Counted from the stretch's first letter, positions 11,656 to 24,786 are shown. The stretch is DNA of 64,000 bases from Macrostomum hystrix (GCA_950097015.1 CATNEN010000001.1:4464001-4528000); one strand, 5' to 3'. Numbers and translations are program-made. The notes: generated by a model from the letters alone, not told the origin.

Positions 11656-12519
11656 TCAATATCAAAAACTCAACAAAACTTACCAAATCCAAGGTCTGTT
11701 GCACAGCCAATCAGCAAAACGAAGAAAATAATCGATATCAATCGATTGCCATTTTCCATTCTAAACAATTCTTTGAAGAACGATAGTTAATATAATGATA
11801 ATAATACGTGTGGTGCTCAGCTAGGATGACTAAAAAGCAAACACGCTGGTCCACACATTCGACGGTAAACTCGAGGACAGATCGAAAGACTTGTCAACGC
11901 GGCCGATTCTCTTAAAATAATACCGTCGATTACGCAACGCCGTAGGCAAATCTCCGAGGCGTGTCAAAGTGAGACATTAATAAAAGCTCTCTTCTGTTGC
12001 AGCACTAGAGTTGTGTTAGGCCATACAGAAGTTTAGTAGAATATTGCTTCGGGTCTCTGCAATTTCGGTTTTTTTTATTTATAATACTACGAATGCGCAT
12101 ATATTTATGTGTGTTTTCGTGCGTCTAGTATTAGTTTAGCCAATCCCAAAGCGTCTAAAGCTAATTGAGTACGTTAACTTAAAATCCGCAAATTTGCATG
12201 CATTCTGGTCTAGTGAAATCGAATGCAATGGTAGGACCGTATGGGGTGGGTGTGCGGTGTTCGGGGCAGGCAGGAGAGTAAAGTGCCGTAGCTTTCACTG
12301 TGAAGGCCGAGTCATTGGTTGCACTGGTGAGAAATAGGAGAGAGACGTGGCTAAAGGTAAAGGTTGAGATTAGAATAAGCTTTGTTTTAGCTGTTCAATG
12401 TTCATTGCACGCTTCTGAACTAATGTTATTGTGATTTATAGAAGTAGTTACACGATTATAACTAATCTGCCGTGGGATGGTACATGCAGAAACTGCCACC
12501 CTTTGCCACTCTTGCCTTT

Positions 12520-13005
12520 CCTCTCTCTTTTCCGCTTTCTATACCTTTCTTTTTCCCACTCTCTACCTCTCTCCTTCTGCTCTCTACCTCTCTTTTTCCC
12601 GCTCTCTACCTCTCTCCTTCAGCTCTCTACCTCTCTTTTTCCCACTCTCTACCTCTCTCCTTCTGCTCTCTAACTCTCTTTTTCCCGCTCTCTACCTCTC
12701 TCCTTCTGCTCTAGTGCTCTCTAACTCTCTATTTCCCGCTCTCTACCTCTCTCCTTCTGCTCTAGTGCTCTCTAACTCTCTATTTCCCGCTCTCTACCTC
12801 TCTCCTTCTGCTCTAGTGCTCTCTAACTCTCTTTTTCCCGCTCTCTACCTCTCTCTCTTTCCCGCTCTCTACCTTTCTCCCGTTTCCGCTCTCTACCTCT
12901 ATTTTCCCGCTCTCTACCTCTCTTTGTTCTGATCCCTGCCCCTCTCTTTCCGCTCTCTACCTCTCTCTTTCTAATCCCTGCCTTTCTACTTTTCTCTCGC
13001 TCTCT
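12520..13005. repeat. Composite CT-rich minisatellite (CTCTCTACCTCTCT core)
   Basis: Alternating ...TTTTCCCG and ...CCTTCTG subunits. Confidence 0.85.
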
Positions 13006-16000
13006 TTCATCGGTTTTTACAAAAATTTATATGGAAACAATTTATTCAATAGTCTTACGTTGTTTCGTTTGAGTAGACGTGCTTGTTATTTAGCCTTGTG
13101 AACAGCCTGATGTTAAGGTATATACTTATTATTACGCAGCGACTGACTGAAGAAGGTTTTGAATAGGTTTTAAAGTTGCTGGTTTTGTTATAAAATTAAC
13201 CTGCACATTTGGCCTCTTTTTTTAGGAGCTAGTGGCGCTAACAGCTCTCTGTCGCTTCATCATCCCCCAGTTCCCTGGCTAGAATTTCCTATCCCTAGCC
13301 AATCACCAACCTCACTGCTCAACCGCGATCCCATTGTTTTTCACCGGCCACTGCTCGAAGACTCAAAATGTACATGATTTTTTTGCGAACGTTATTAAGA
13401 AACAGCCATGCTGGTCTCCGCCCAGTGTACATGGGGGAGCTTTTCTGGAGTGGATCAGTAGACGCGAGCTAGGGGAAAGGGGGTTTTGACGAGAGGAGTA
13501 GAGAAATAGACGGGAGCAGGTGGGTTAAGGGGATCTTTTTTTGGGGATTGCACACAGTGCTTGCGAAGTTTAGGGGAGGAATGAAAATTGGGATTTGGAA
13601 AGACGATCCCTGTCTACCTCTCTATTGATAGAGCGCGGTGGGCGTTTCCTCATGTAGGACCTACCCAGCTCTTTCTTCTCATTTTCTTGATTTTCTTTCC
13701 CCACATTCTCTCGTTCCATTCTCGATCTCGCCCCATGGCGAGTGTAAGGAGGGGGGAGAGAGCAAGGTACAGGTCTGACCAGGTGAGTCGGCCAACAGGG
13801 CGACGAGAATCGCCTGTACATTTCACCGTAGAGTCATTATAGGGAATCTGAGAGTCTATACATATAGGAGCCTATATTAGAAGAGCCTCCCCTCACTGAA
13901 AATCTGAGGGTTTTGTGTGTACATGTTCATTACTGAATGTGAGAAATGGACGTTGTGGTGGAGCCTGTTTGGGAATGACTTTGTTAGAGGTATAGACAAG
14001 GTGCAGAGCCGACCACAGTAGTATATAGCTGTGAGTTTAATTTTTAGGGTTACGATAAAGCTCATGCACGATAGCTTAATGCAGTTTTTTTAATCTGCCT
14101 ATGCGGAGATTTAGTCACGCCCTCTTAAAGATCTTAATTCAGCCGCAAATGCGCTGGATCGGCTCAATATTGTGAGCAGCAAAAGTTAGTAGTTAATTAT
14201 TATATTAAAAAATGAGTTCAGAAAGTGCACTACACTATCGTAGAGTACAATATAATTTGCACAACATAAAAAGCAAGAAGTACGTATTATTTGTAAACAC
14301 CAATGTAACTTGCACTGCAATAGGAATGCATGAGTAAATATAAATACATTGATTGTAACTGTTAAAATTAAAATGCAAAAAATTGGAAATTAAATACATG
14401 CATAAAACACGTCTTAGATATGTACGTACGATAGCTACAAGCTCTGCATGCCGTGAAATTTACGAGCGGCAAATAGAGATCGCTCTTATATAAATGCAGT
14501 TACTGCGACCGAGCTGCCGAAGTATTAAACAACTAATGTGAAGTTTGTGTGATCTGACTGCGCCGTCGGGATTCCAGATGCTGGTCACGTGATTAGCGTC
14601 ATAAAAAATAATTTCAAATGATAGGGCATCTGTCTCACTGCATACTTTTTTCCTACATGTTCCTCAAGAAAATTCAGAATAGGGGGGCCTATAGGGTTCC
14701 ACTTTGCAACTTATTAGGTTTGCGAAGGTTAGGAATCATAAGTTTTCTCTTAGTCAAGTGTCCGACACAATAAAAAAACACTCAAATCATGCACGTTATA
14801 AACGACCGTATGATCGCTTGGTCTGATCAAACCTAAATCTGCATACTTTTAAATAACCTGATTCTTTGATTATTTTCTTAAATTTGTGAAAACACTACGT
14901 ACTTCTTATATTAGTCATGTCCACTGTTATCAAACTGATTTTATGTGATTCTAAGTTACGCTGTCTGGATTTCTGTTGAACTGTTCATCAGTTTTAATGA
15001 AAAAAATTCTTGAACACAAATATTTATTGCTTAACTTGGCTAGGCTTATACTAGGCCTATGCAGTATAATATACTGTTATACATTTGCTAGACGAAGAAC
15101 ATTTTACAGAAAGCATTTTAAGCTATCCAAAAATTTAGCTGCTAGTTCGTTTTTAGTGTGTTTAGAATAATTTTTCTTTTGTTCACTTAGTTTAATGTTA
15201 AAGTGATTAAAAACTTGAGCGAAATATAGAAGAATCTAATTTAGTCATAAGTACTTATAAGTGAAAGGTTATTTAATTTAAGGAACTATTCTAGACAATA
15301 GCCTGTATAGGATGAGCCCTAGCCAACTGTTCTAAACCTATTCTATTAACCAATCTACTAACATTGTTTATGATCCCTCCAATCTTGATGCCTTAGGCCT
15401 ATTGCCTTACTGCCCTAAGAAAAATATGTGTAAGTAGTAATATTATAGCTCTGGCCAAAATTGTCATTCTATATCATCATATTATGTAAAGTAACATTTT
15501 TTAAGTTTGACAATCTTTTCATATTAATAAATTACTTGGGCCACCTTACCATTATTAAGACCTAGTAAACAGAAGTTGTATTATATTGATTTGCCTTGTT
15601 TGTCTCCAATTAACCTCTCTACCAGCATTTCAAGTCTTTCTACAGTTGAACTTTCCAATTCTGCTCTGCTAGGCCTAACTTAATTAAAGGTTCCTTCTAA
15701 ACCTTAGACAAAAAGCCTACTACAAATCTTTAGAAAATTTAATGTTGTGTGTTTAACTATATCAAACAATTCTGTTGCTAGTATTTTAACAAAATACTAA
15801 AGCTAAATTAGTATTGTTTCATAAATTATACATAATTTATAGTAATTTTTTAAACATTCTAAAGGAAATCCATGTTCTTTGGTAATTAAATAATTGTATA
15901 AATCAATGATGACTAGGCCTAAAAAGACAACTGTTAATAAATAAGTATATAATTACTGGTTGACTAAATTTGTCATAATGAATGCACTGTACATCATTCT

Positions 16001-16618
16001 GATATCTAGCTTATCATCTGGATATAAATTTAAAGTATGTCAATTTCAGCTCTAACCAAGTTTTTTTGTTGTTTATTATAGCTACACTACAATATCTGTA
16101 TAGTATAGCTAGGTAACTATTCACTTCAATAACAATGATAATTAAAATGAAATGTACGGAGCTATTGTTCTATAGTTATTGTGTACATAAGATTACTTTT
16201 GACATTTTTTTATTTTAAAATAATTTAGAACTGTCAAAAGTTGTTATATTGCTATTAAGTCTTCTATCTGTTAACCACATGTTCAAAGCAGTTGGTGAAG
16301 TGGCTCTTATTGTTTCTAAAGTGGCTGTTGCCAAAGTAAGGATTGTATTATTGTATAGCCAGGTATGGCTATTTTTTGATCCAATAATATATAAAATATT
16401 TTAATGTCATTCTAATGTTCTTATGTAGCCTAAACAGCAATAGTCTGGATCTGTTATGGTTTTAGCTGTTACTTCTGAGTTAAAAATTATAAAATAAATT
16501 TTATTAAAAATATTCCAAAATGCTGCATGATAAAATCCTATAGTTTCAGAATGAATAATGAATTAATATGATGACTGCTAATTCCTGTTATACTTATTAT
16601 TGCAGCATGTGAGATACA

Positions 16619-17067
16619 ATGGCTAGTGTTGCTGTCAACTCGCCTATTCGTTCTCAACAGCAGCAGCAGCAGCAGCAGCAACCTGTTCTATCGCAGCAAG
16701 AGCAGCCACAATCAGAATTAGTCATTCTGACACTAAAAAATGTACTTTTGCCGCCAGATCGTTTAGACCCAGCTAATAGTCCATCCAGGCACGATAGTCT
16801 GTCCTACACTGACGAATGGAATCTGCGCTATATGGGCTGCGAACTAATACAATCTGCTAGCATACTATTGAAATTGCCGCATGTTGCCTGCGCCACTGGC
16901 CAAGTGCTCTATCAGAGATTCTATTACTCTCGCTCTCTAGTCAGGCATCACTATGAGCACATGGCTATGGCTTGCATCTTTCTGGCTGCCAAAATTGAAG
17001 AGGAGCCTAGAAGGGCTCGCGATGTTATTAACGTGTTTCATCACATTAGACAGTTTAGAGAGAAACG
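16619..17067 (+). CDS. CCNL1: Cyclin L, coding exon 1
   Basis: SPSRHD...LRYMGCELIQSASILLKLPHVACATGQVLYQRFYYS...AMACIFLAAKIEEEPRRARDVINVFHH is the cyclin L cyclin box. Donor CG|GTGAG, phase 2; N-terminal polyQ. Confidence 0.96.
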
Positions 17068-17138
17068 GTGAGTTTTTATTATGAAACTGTTTTTGCAATT
17101 TAAATTCCCAAGATTTTCTGTCTTGTATTTTTTTATAG

Positions 17139-17259
17139 AGCATTCACACCGCTGCCTCTTGATGCCAACTATGTCAATCTGAAAAATCAAGTCATTAAAG
17201 CTGAGCGACGTCTATTGAAAGAACTCGGCTTCTCTGTTCATGTTCAGCATCCGCACAAG
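17139..17259 (+). CDS. CCNL1: Cyclin L, coding exon 2
   Basis: ttttatAG|17139, [40 protein letters not shown], then |GTGAG. Confidence 0.96.
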
Positions 17260-17336
17260 GTGAGGCATTGTTGTTGTTGTTTGCTTGTGTTTGTGCACAC
17301 ATCATAGTCATTTCGACTGAACTGTACTCACAGTGT

Positions 17337-18488
17337 GTGAGATTTGCTGTCAACTGAGCTGTAGTGACAGGGTATGAGATTCGCTGTCAACTGAGCTGTA
17401 GTGACAGGGTGTGAGATTTGCTGTCAACTGAGCTGTAGTGACAGGGTATGAGATTCGCTGTCAACTGAGCTGTAGTGACAGGGTATGAGATTTGCTGTCA
17501 ACTGAGCTGTAGTGACGGGGTATGAGATTTGCTGTCAACTGAGCTGTAGTGACAGGGTATGAGATTTGCTGTCAACTGAGCTGTAGTGACAGGGTGTGAG
17601 ATTTGCTGTCAACTGAGCTGTAGTGACAGGGTATGAGATTCGCTGTCAACTGAGCTGTAGTGACAGGGTATGAGATTCGCTGTCAACTGAGCTGTAGTGA
17701 CGGGGTATGAGATTTGCTGTCAACTGAGCTGTAGTGACAGGGTATGAGATTTGCTGTCAACTGAGCTGTAGTGACAGGGTATGAGATTCGCTGTCAACTG
17801 AGCTGTAGTGACAGGGTATGAGATTTGCTGTCAACTGAGCTGTAGTGACAGGGTATGAGATTCGCTGTCAACTGAGCTGTAGTGACAGGGTATGAGATTT
17901 GCTGTCAACTGAGCTGTAGTGACAGGGTATGAGATTCGCTGTCAACTGAGCTGTAGTGACAGGGTATGAGATTCGCTGTCAACTGAGCTGTAGTGACAGG
18001 GTATGAGATTTGCTGTCAACTGAGCTGTAGTGACAGGGTATGAGATTCGCTGTCAACTGAGCTGTAGTGACAGGGTATGAGATTTGCTGTCAACTGAGCT
18101 GTAGTGACAGGGTATAAGATTCGCTGTCAACTGAGCTGTAGTGACGGTATGAGATTTGCTGTCAACTGAGCTGTAGTGACAGGGTATGAGATTTGCTGTC
18201 AACTGAGCTGTAGTGACAGGGTATGAGATTTGCTGTCAACTGAGCTGTAGTGACAGGGTATGAGATTTGCTGTCAACTGAGCTGTAGTGACAGGGTATAA
18301 GATTCGCTGTCAACTGAGCTGTAGTGACGGTATGAGATTTGCTGTCAACTGAGCTGTAGTGACAGGGTATGAGATTTGCTGTCAACTGAGCTGTAGTGGC
18401 AGGGTATGAGATTTGCTGTCAACTGAGCTGTAGTTACAGGGTGTGAGATACGCTGTCAACTGAGCTGTAGTGACAGGGTATGAGATTT
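17337..18488. repeat. 37-bp minisatellite (GAGATTTGCTGTCAACTGAGCTGTAGTGACAGGGTAT)n in cyclin L intron 2
   Basis: About 31 near-identical head-to-tail units, no spacers. Confidence 0.97.
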
Positions 18489-18761
18489 TTTTGAGACAAA
18501 TTTTACAAATGGTGTGTTGTAAATCCATTAAATTTTGATTCAGTTACTCAACTAATTAAATTGATCTGCAAGGATGCTTTTCGGGTAAAATAGCTGTCAA
18601 ATCATATTGTAATCAATTGCTAACACAGTTTTGCAAGTTTTGGAATTAATTATCCTAAGATTTTATTAGTCAACAACAAGCTAACCTGTACGCTCCCCCC
18701 GTGTCCGCCCATTCCCATGGCGACTCGGGTGGCTGTGCCTTGAAATTTTCTAATTTCACAG

Positions 18762-18826
18762 CTGATACCAGTGTGGCTCAACTGGCTGTGTCTGGACGAT
18801 AATCAGCAGTTGAGACAGTCTGCTTG
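18762..18826 (+). CDS. CCNL1: Cyclin L, coding exon 3 (65 nt)
   Basis: tttcacAG|LIPVWLNWLCLDDNQQLRQSA(W)|GTGAG; bridges HPHK and NYMND in frame, as in other cyclin L proteins. Confidence 0.9.
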
Positions 18827-19189
18827 GTGAGTTCAATTCTCTTTTAATAATGCTTTAAGTTTGATTTCACTCATCAATTAAGAAGTATTTAATTTTTCTA
18901 ATGAAAATAAACAAGATACCAGCAGTCTTATCTGTTCTGCACTTTTCTGTTCTACTACAAAATTTAAAATATAAAAATAACAAATCGTTATTAAAACTTG
19001 TAAAATTTACCGTTAGAGACTCATTGTGGCTAAAGAAATGTGGTCTAGAGTTCTCTGCAACCGGTCCCTTTCTCGAAAGTACTACAGAACTGCCAAAGTA
19101 CAAATTGGGGTAGGTATAGCGGTATGGGATGGGATGGGATAAGAGATAATACAAAAGAGAGACGGGACACGGCACATTGCAGCATAGCA

Positions 19190-19792
19190 GAGATGAGACA
19201 CGGGAAAGATGAGACACGGCAGAGATGAGACACGGCAGAGATGAGACACGGGAGAGATGAGGCACGGGAGAGATGAGACACGGGAAAGATGAGACACGGC
19301 AGAGATGAGGCACGGGAGAGATGAGACACGGGAAAGATGAGACACGGCAGAGATGAGACACGGGAGAGATGAGACACGGGAGAGATAAGACATGGGAGAG
19401 ATGAGACACGGGAGAGATGAGACACGGGTGAGATGAGACACGGGTGAGATAAGACACGGCAGAGATAAGACACGGAAGAGATGAGACACGGGAGAGATGA
19501 GACACGGAAGAGATGAGACACGGAAGAGATGAGACACGGGAGAGATGAGACACGGGAGAGATGAGACACGGGAGAGATGAGGCACGGGAGAGATGAGACA
19601 CGGGAGAGATGAGACACGGCAGAGATGAGACACGGGAGAGATGAGACACGGGTGAGATGAGACACGGCAGAGATGAGGCACGGAAGAGATGAGACACGGC
19701 AGAGATGAGGCACGGAAGAGATGAGACACGGAAGAGATAAGACACGGGAGAGATCCATATCCGACCCGTGGGCCGTAGTTTGCGCACGCCTC
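19190..19792 (-). mobile_element. 16-bp satellite array abutting a degenerate hAT MITE end
   Basis: (GAGATGAGACACGGGA)n at 19190-19753. The reverse complement of 19755-19792 matches the MITE left end at 43837 at 28/38 positions, ungapped. Confidence 0.7.
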
Positions 19793-20324
19793 GCAGGAAT
19801 AAACATATTCGTCAATTTTATTAAGCAAAGAGCGCTAAAAATAACGTTTAATTCTACGATAAATGCTTTTTTGGCAATGCTGTTATCTAACCATGATCTC
19901 CCCCCTTTTGCCTTTCTTCCCCTTCTCCCTCCCCATCCCCAACCATCGGCAATGAAATAGATCCCCACGCAAAGTTCGGCGCAGATACAATTGCTTCGAC
20001 GCAAGTGTGGCTGAGCGAAAGAAAAGAAAATAACTCTGCTGATGAGAGACACGACTCGCCAGTCGCCAGTCTCCGTGCCAGCCACGCTAACTGGCCCGAT
20101 ACCGTTCATGTGCGATGATGGCTCGAGCAATCAGTTATCTGGCTCTGGCATATTGGCAAACTGCTCCGACTGCTCAGAGACTGCCGCTCCTTGTATTGGT
20201 TGGCCATTTTTGAAACTTTTCTTGCCAGTTTTTTTGAAACATTTTCGCTGTCTGTAGCGTGCGTGATGCTTCAAATCGACAAATAAGTTCGGTTGAAAAC
20301 CATTGAGGGACACAATACATTGAG

Positions 20325-21325
20325 GATTAATCCCAGTTCCCCATGAACTGTCAGATTAAATCCCAGTTTCTCAGGGACTGTCAGACATAATCCCAGATCC
20401 TCATAAACTGTCAGACACAAACCTAGATCCTCATGGACTGTCAGACATTCTGAGATCCTCATAAACTGACAGACACAATCCCAGATCCCCATAAACTGAC
20501 AGTCTGACAGATACAATCCCAGATCCCCATGAACTGTCAGATTAAATCCCAGATTCTCAGGGAGTGTCAGACACAATCCCAGATGCCCAGGGACTGTCAG
20601 ACATAATCCCAGATCCTCATAAACTGACAGACACAATCCCAGATCCTCATGGACTGTCAGACACAATCCCAGATCTCCATAAACTGACAGATACAATCCC
20701 AGATCCCCATAAACTGACAGAAACAATCCCAGATCCCCTTAAACTGACAGACACAATCCCAGATCCTCATGGACTGTCAGACACAATCCCAGATCCTCAT
20801 AAACTGACAGACACAATCCCAGATCCTCATGGACTGTCAGATACAATCCCAGATCCTCATGAACTGACAGACACAATCCCAGATCCTCATAAACTGACAG
20901 ACACAATCCCAGATCCTCATAAACTGACAGACACAATCCCAGATCCTCATGGACTGTTAGACACAATCCCAGATCTCCATAAACTGACTGACACAATCCC
21001 AGATCCTCATAAACTGACAGACACAATCCCAGATCCTCATGGACTGTCAGATACAATCCCAGATCCTCATAAACTGACAGACAATCCCAGATCCTCATGG
21101 ACTGTTAGACACAATCCCAGATCTCCATAAACTGACAGACAATCCCAGATCCTCATAAACTGACAGACACAATCCCAGATCCTCATGGACTGTCAGATAC
21201 AATCCCAGATCCTCATAAACTGACAGACAATCCCAGATCCTCATGGACTGTTAGACACAATCCCAGATCCTCATGAACTGACAGACACTCCGAGATCCTC
21301 ATGAACTGTCAGTCACAATCCCAGA
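20325..21325. repeat. 30-bp minisatellite (ACACAATCCCAGATCCTCATAAACTGACAG / ...GGACTGTCAG)n in cyclin L intron 3
   Basis: Tandem array with two alternating variants. Confidence 0.95.
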
Positions 21326-22328
21326 ACTTAAAAAAAACTGACAGGCTGCCTGTCTGCATCGAAGTTTCTTGTCATGGCTTGCCCACTATGTATTTATGTA
21401 TATATATTGATTTATCATGTTCGCTCGTATTCTACAGACTACTTGAAGAGCATAAGCAGAGCACAACATCCGGATCCTTGACATCGTTGGCGCGGAGTCG
21501 ACCTGAAATGACTGCAAGGCATTGCATTCTTGTTTTAATGCATATAAATTCGTGTTGATTTAATCCGAGCATTTCTGCAATGGTTTCAGCAGTTATTTTC
21601 CAGTCAACCGTCAAAGCGCTTGATAGTACCGGCTTATTCAAAGCGATTCAATGACTGACGAGGTGCCACTGCAACGAGAGTCGCGATAAGTCTTTGACTA
21701 ATGAACAACTTTGATGATTTGCTTAGCATAGACAATCTGTTTGTATCCTAGTTATAACTATGTAAAGTCATACTGATGTTATTAAAGTAGTAAGTAAGGT
21801 ACGCTTATTCAAAGCAAGATAATATTATATGAAATTTAAGCGACAATACAGATCTGAACTATATTCAGTGTATAATCTTAATACAGAGACCTATTAAATA
21901 ATAAATATAAAAGGATTTCTGAATAGATTTCTAACCTTGCAAATACTAATTTTGTGTCATAGTTACAATGACTAAAATAAACTAAAGCCTTCAGAATATT
22001 TTATTAATTTCTGGAACAAAAAGTTTAATATTAAATTTGCAATAATAATGCTTTGAACAGAAAATACAGAACAGGTAAGACAAAACTAATTGACTAGAAT
22101 ACTAGCTATTACATCTTCTATTCTATTCTATTCTTGTTTGCAATATAAATAAGGTCCTATAATTATGAAATTGTTTTTGTTGTCATTTATTGACCTTATT
22201 TTATTTGTTTTCTAAGAATGAATATAAAAGAAGTTTGTAATAATATAATCAGGCAAAAACTCTCGCCTATGTATTCTAGGGTAGTTAGTTTTTTTCTATA
22301 ATTCCCTAATCCTGTCTGACACCTTCAG

Positions 22329-23268
22329 GAACTACATGAACGACAGCTTTCGAACGCACGTGTTTTGTCAGTTCAGTCCGGAACAGGTGGCCTGCGGTTG
22401 CATCCTCCTAGCTGCTAGGAAACTGCGTGTACCCCTACCAGACAATTGGATGGAACTATTGGACTGCAGCTACGAGAATGCGGTTGATATCTGTCACACT
22501 CTGCTCAGCCTGTATGCTAGGCCTCCTGTTGATTGGTCCGCCGCCGAAGCGGCCGTTGTTGAAGCCAAAAAGGCGATGGAGCGGGCTAAACTGGCCGCCA
22601 AAAATGCGGCAAATAGCGGCCAGCAGCAGTTGAGCGGCCCTGATTCGGCTTCGGGCACGCCGGCTGGCATTGGAGCTTCGCGATTTGGCACCGTGGATTC
22701 GCCTAATCTTGCTGCCAATGCGGCTGGCGCTGATTCAAAACAGCTTCAGCTGCAGCAGCAGAAAAAGTCTATTTCTAAATCCGACCCCGTCACTTCCGAC
22801 AGTGTCAACAAAAAGTCGTCCAATTCTTCTAGAAAAAAGTCCAGCTCCAAACGAGATCGTCGGCATCGACGCAGCGACGATCGGCGTCGGCGTAGACGCG
22901 GATTCGACGAAGACAATGACGACGATGACGAAGAGAATAATGGTCACCAAAGCAACCGCGACGACAATAATATGGCCGACAATGACGACAACAATAACAA
23001 TGGCAGCTCCGGCGCTGACAACAATGACGACGGCAGTCGGTCAAGGTCTCGTTCCCGTTCCAGATCTAGATCGTTGTCTAGGGAGCGTCGGCGTAGGCAT
23101 CATCATCATCATCGGCATCATCGGAGGCGCAGTCGCGATAGTCGCGATATCGGCGGCGTCTCGCTGAGTGCGATTCGCGACTCTCGCGGCGACGGCGATC
23201 GGCGACGCCATCGAGATCGTCAGAACGGCTTCGGCTACGGTGGTCCCGCTCAGAAGCGACGCAGATGA
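22329..23268 (+). CDS. CCNL1: Cyclin L, coding exon 4 (end of second cyclin fold plus RS domain)
   Basis: accttcAG|G NYMNDSFRTHVFCQFSPEQVACGCILLAARKL...; RSRSRSRSRS and a poly-His tract. AATAAA near 23368. Joined CDS is 1575 nt (524 aa). Confidence 0.96.
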
Positions 23269-23516
23269 AAAAATCGACAGCATGCCTGCATAGAAACTGT
23301 TGGCTTATTTCTGCTCGCCACTGAAATCCATTTTATCGATTTGGTTTTTAATGAATAATAAAATCCAAATAAATATGTGTATATCTATTGCTATAGCAGC
23401 CTCGCCTTTTGTTGTTAATATATTCGAATCAACTTGTTTGCTTGTGTATTTATACTTTTTTAATTACTAATTTATGTAATGCAGCGATCATTTAGAGTTA
23501 AACTAGCGTAATTTTT

Positions 23517-23936
23517 CCCGCTAAAAAATAGGGATGTTTCTTCGGGTGATTCCAGTTGGAATCTGCGGTGTTTCCAGAAAAATAAACAGCCGAATGCTGG
23601 AAACATACCAATCGGATGATTCCATGCTTAGAATCTACCCAACTGGGCGGTTTCTCGGTGCTTCTTGGTGGCGAAATGGAATCACCCAAAGAATCCTCCA
23701 TTTCGGAAGATTCCATGCTCAGAAACCGCCGAGGAATCGCCCGTAAATAATTCTCTGGTTGTCCCATGGGCCACTGGTTCGGGTGATTCTTCGGCGGTTT
23801 CCGCACAATTTACGGTTACATCGGCTGCTTCCTGGGTGGTTTCTTTAACTCTTGCGAGATAGGGAGGATTTTGGTAGATTCCACTCTTATTTTGCACAAA
23901 AAACCGCCGAAGAAGCAGCCGAATTTTTTTACTGGG
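23517..23936. mobile_element. Degenerate non-autonomous TIR DNA element (CCC...GGG ends, possibly CMC/EnSpm-like)
   Basis: Left end CCCGCTAAAAAATAGGGATGTTTCTTCGG vs reverse-complemented right end CCCAGTAAAAAAAATTCGGCTGCTTCTTCGG. Internal TTCTTCGGCGGTTTC-like motifs in both orientations; flanked by TT on each side; a GC-richer island in AT-rich DNA. Confidence 0.55.
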
Positions 23937-24786
23937 TTAGGTCGGGAGTATCTTACCCTAGAAAGTGAATTAATTTATTTAAGATTCAATCCAGCATTCG
24001 AAATAATAGACGAGATTTCCGGCCCCCACCCCAGTCCATGGACTGAAAAGTCTGTGCTACCACTCACTAAACATTTTTATCTAAATATCGGTCGCTTTAG
24101 GTTAGGTTATTAATGTACTATTCTATATTCCAGTTCTGTCCAATCTGGCCAGTGTTAAACTGATGTGCTAATATAGTTGCTTAATTAAGTTTAAGCCTAA
24201 AAGGACGTGAATTTCAGGCATTTTCTTCTGTCTCGATGTGTACAGTACACAAAAATAATTGTAATAAAATAAAAAAACACGTGATCAACAATTGCTTCTG
24301 TACTTTTTTAAATTATTGCCTGTCTTTTGCTTTTTTGTCTCTCAAAAAATTGTATTTCCTACTTGTTATTAGTAGGTAGTTAAATACAGTTAATGTATCA
24401 AAAATTCCTTTCTGTCTACTAAAATAGTACTAAATAATTAGTGAATTTGTAATCTGTTCAACGCCAACTAATAATTGAAAATAAATATGTAGTTGCAGTG
24501 TCTGTTAATTCAGAAATAGGACATTTTTATCAGATTCAAACTGGTCATATAATACGTCTTTGTAAGCTATTTAATGTACCATAATTAAATAATTGATATC
24601 TATCAACAGTGGCTGCTCTATTTGTGTATAAAAAGCTGAAACCTATGTTTTTGTCTCTTTTTATTTCAAGAGGAATTATGTTGAGGCTAAGTATCTTATC
24701 CCAACTACTGAAAAAACATATCACTGAAACGTAATTTATAACTTGTATAGGTACAAATTAAATTCCCTATTTTGATTTCCCCCAAA

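Noticed and set aside
5540-11786. Very long ORFs (577-882 aa) here and similar ones at 2192, 41906, 53069, 54701, 56109, 58211 and 59510
   Set aside because: They are translations of stop-poor satellites, open in several frames at once, with amino-acid period set by the nucleotide period.
11808-11860. Hydrophobic minus-strand stretch VWTSVFAFLVILAE as the signal-peptide exon of the membrane protein
   Set aside because: No in-frame ATG before an upstream stop, and the nearest donor is phase 2 rather than phase 1.
14880-16560. Possible degraded transposase in AT-rich DNA upstream of cyclin L
   Set aside because: No recognisable motif or sustained ORF by eye; a translated search would be needed.
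17337-18488. 37-bp partly palindromic repeats resembling CRISPR repeats
   Set aside because: No spacers, no cas genes, and the array lies in a eukaryotic intron.
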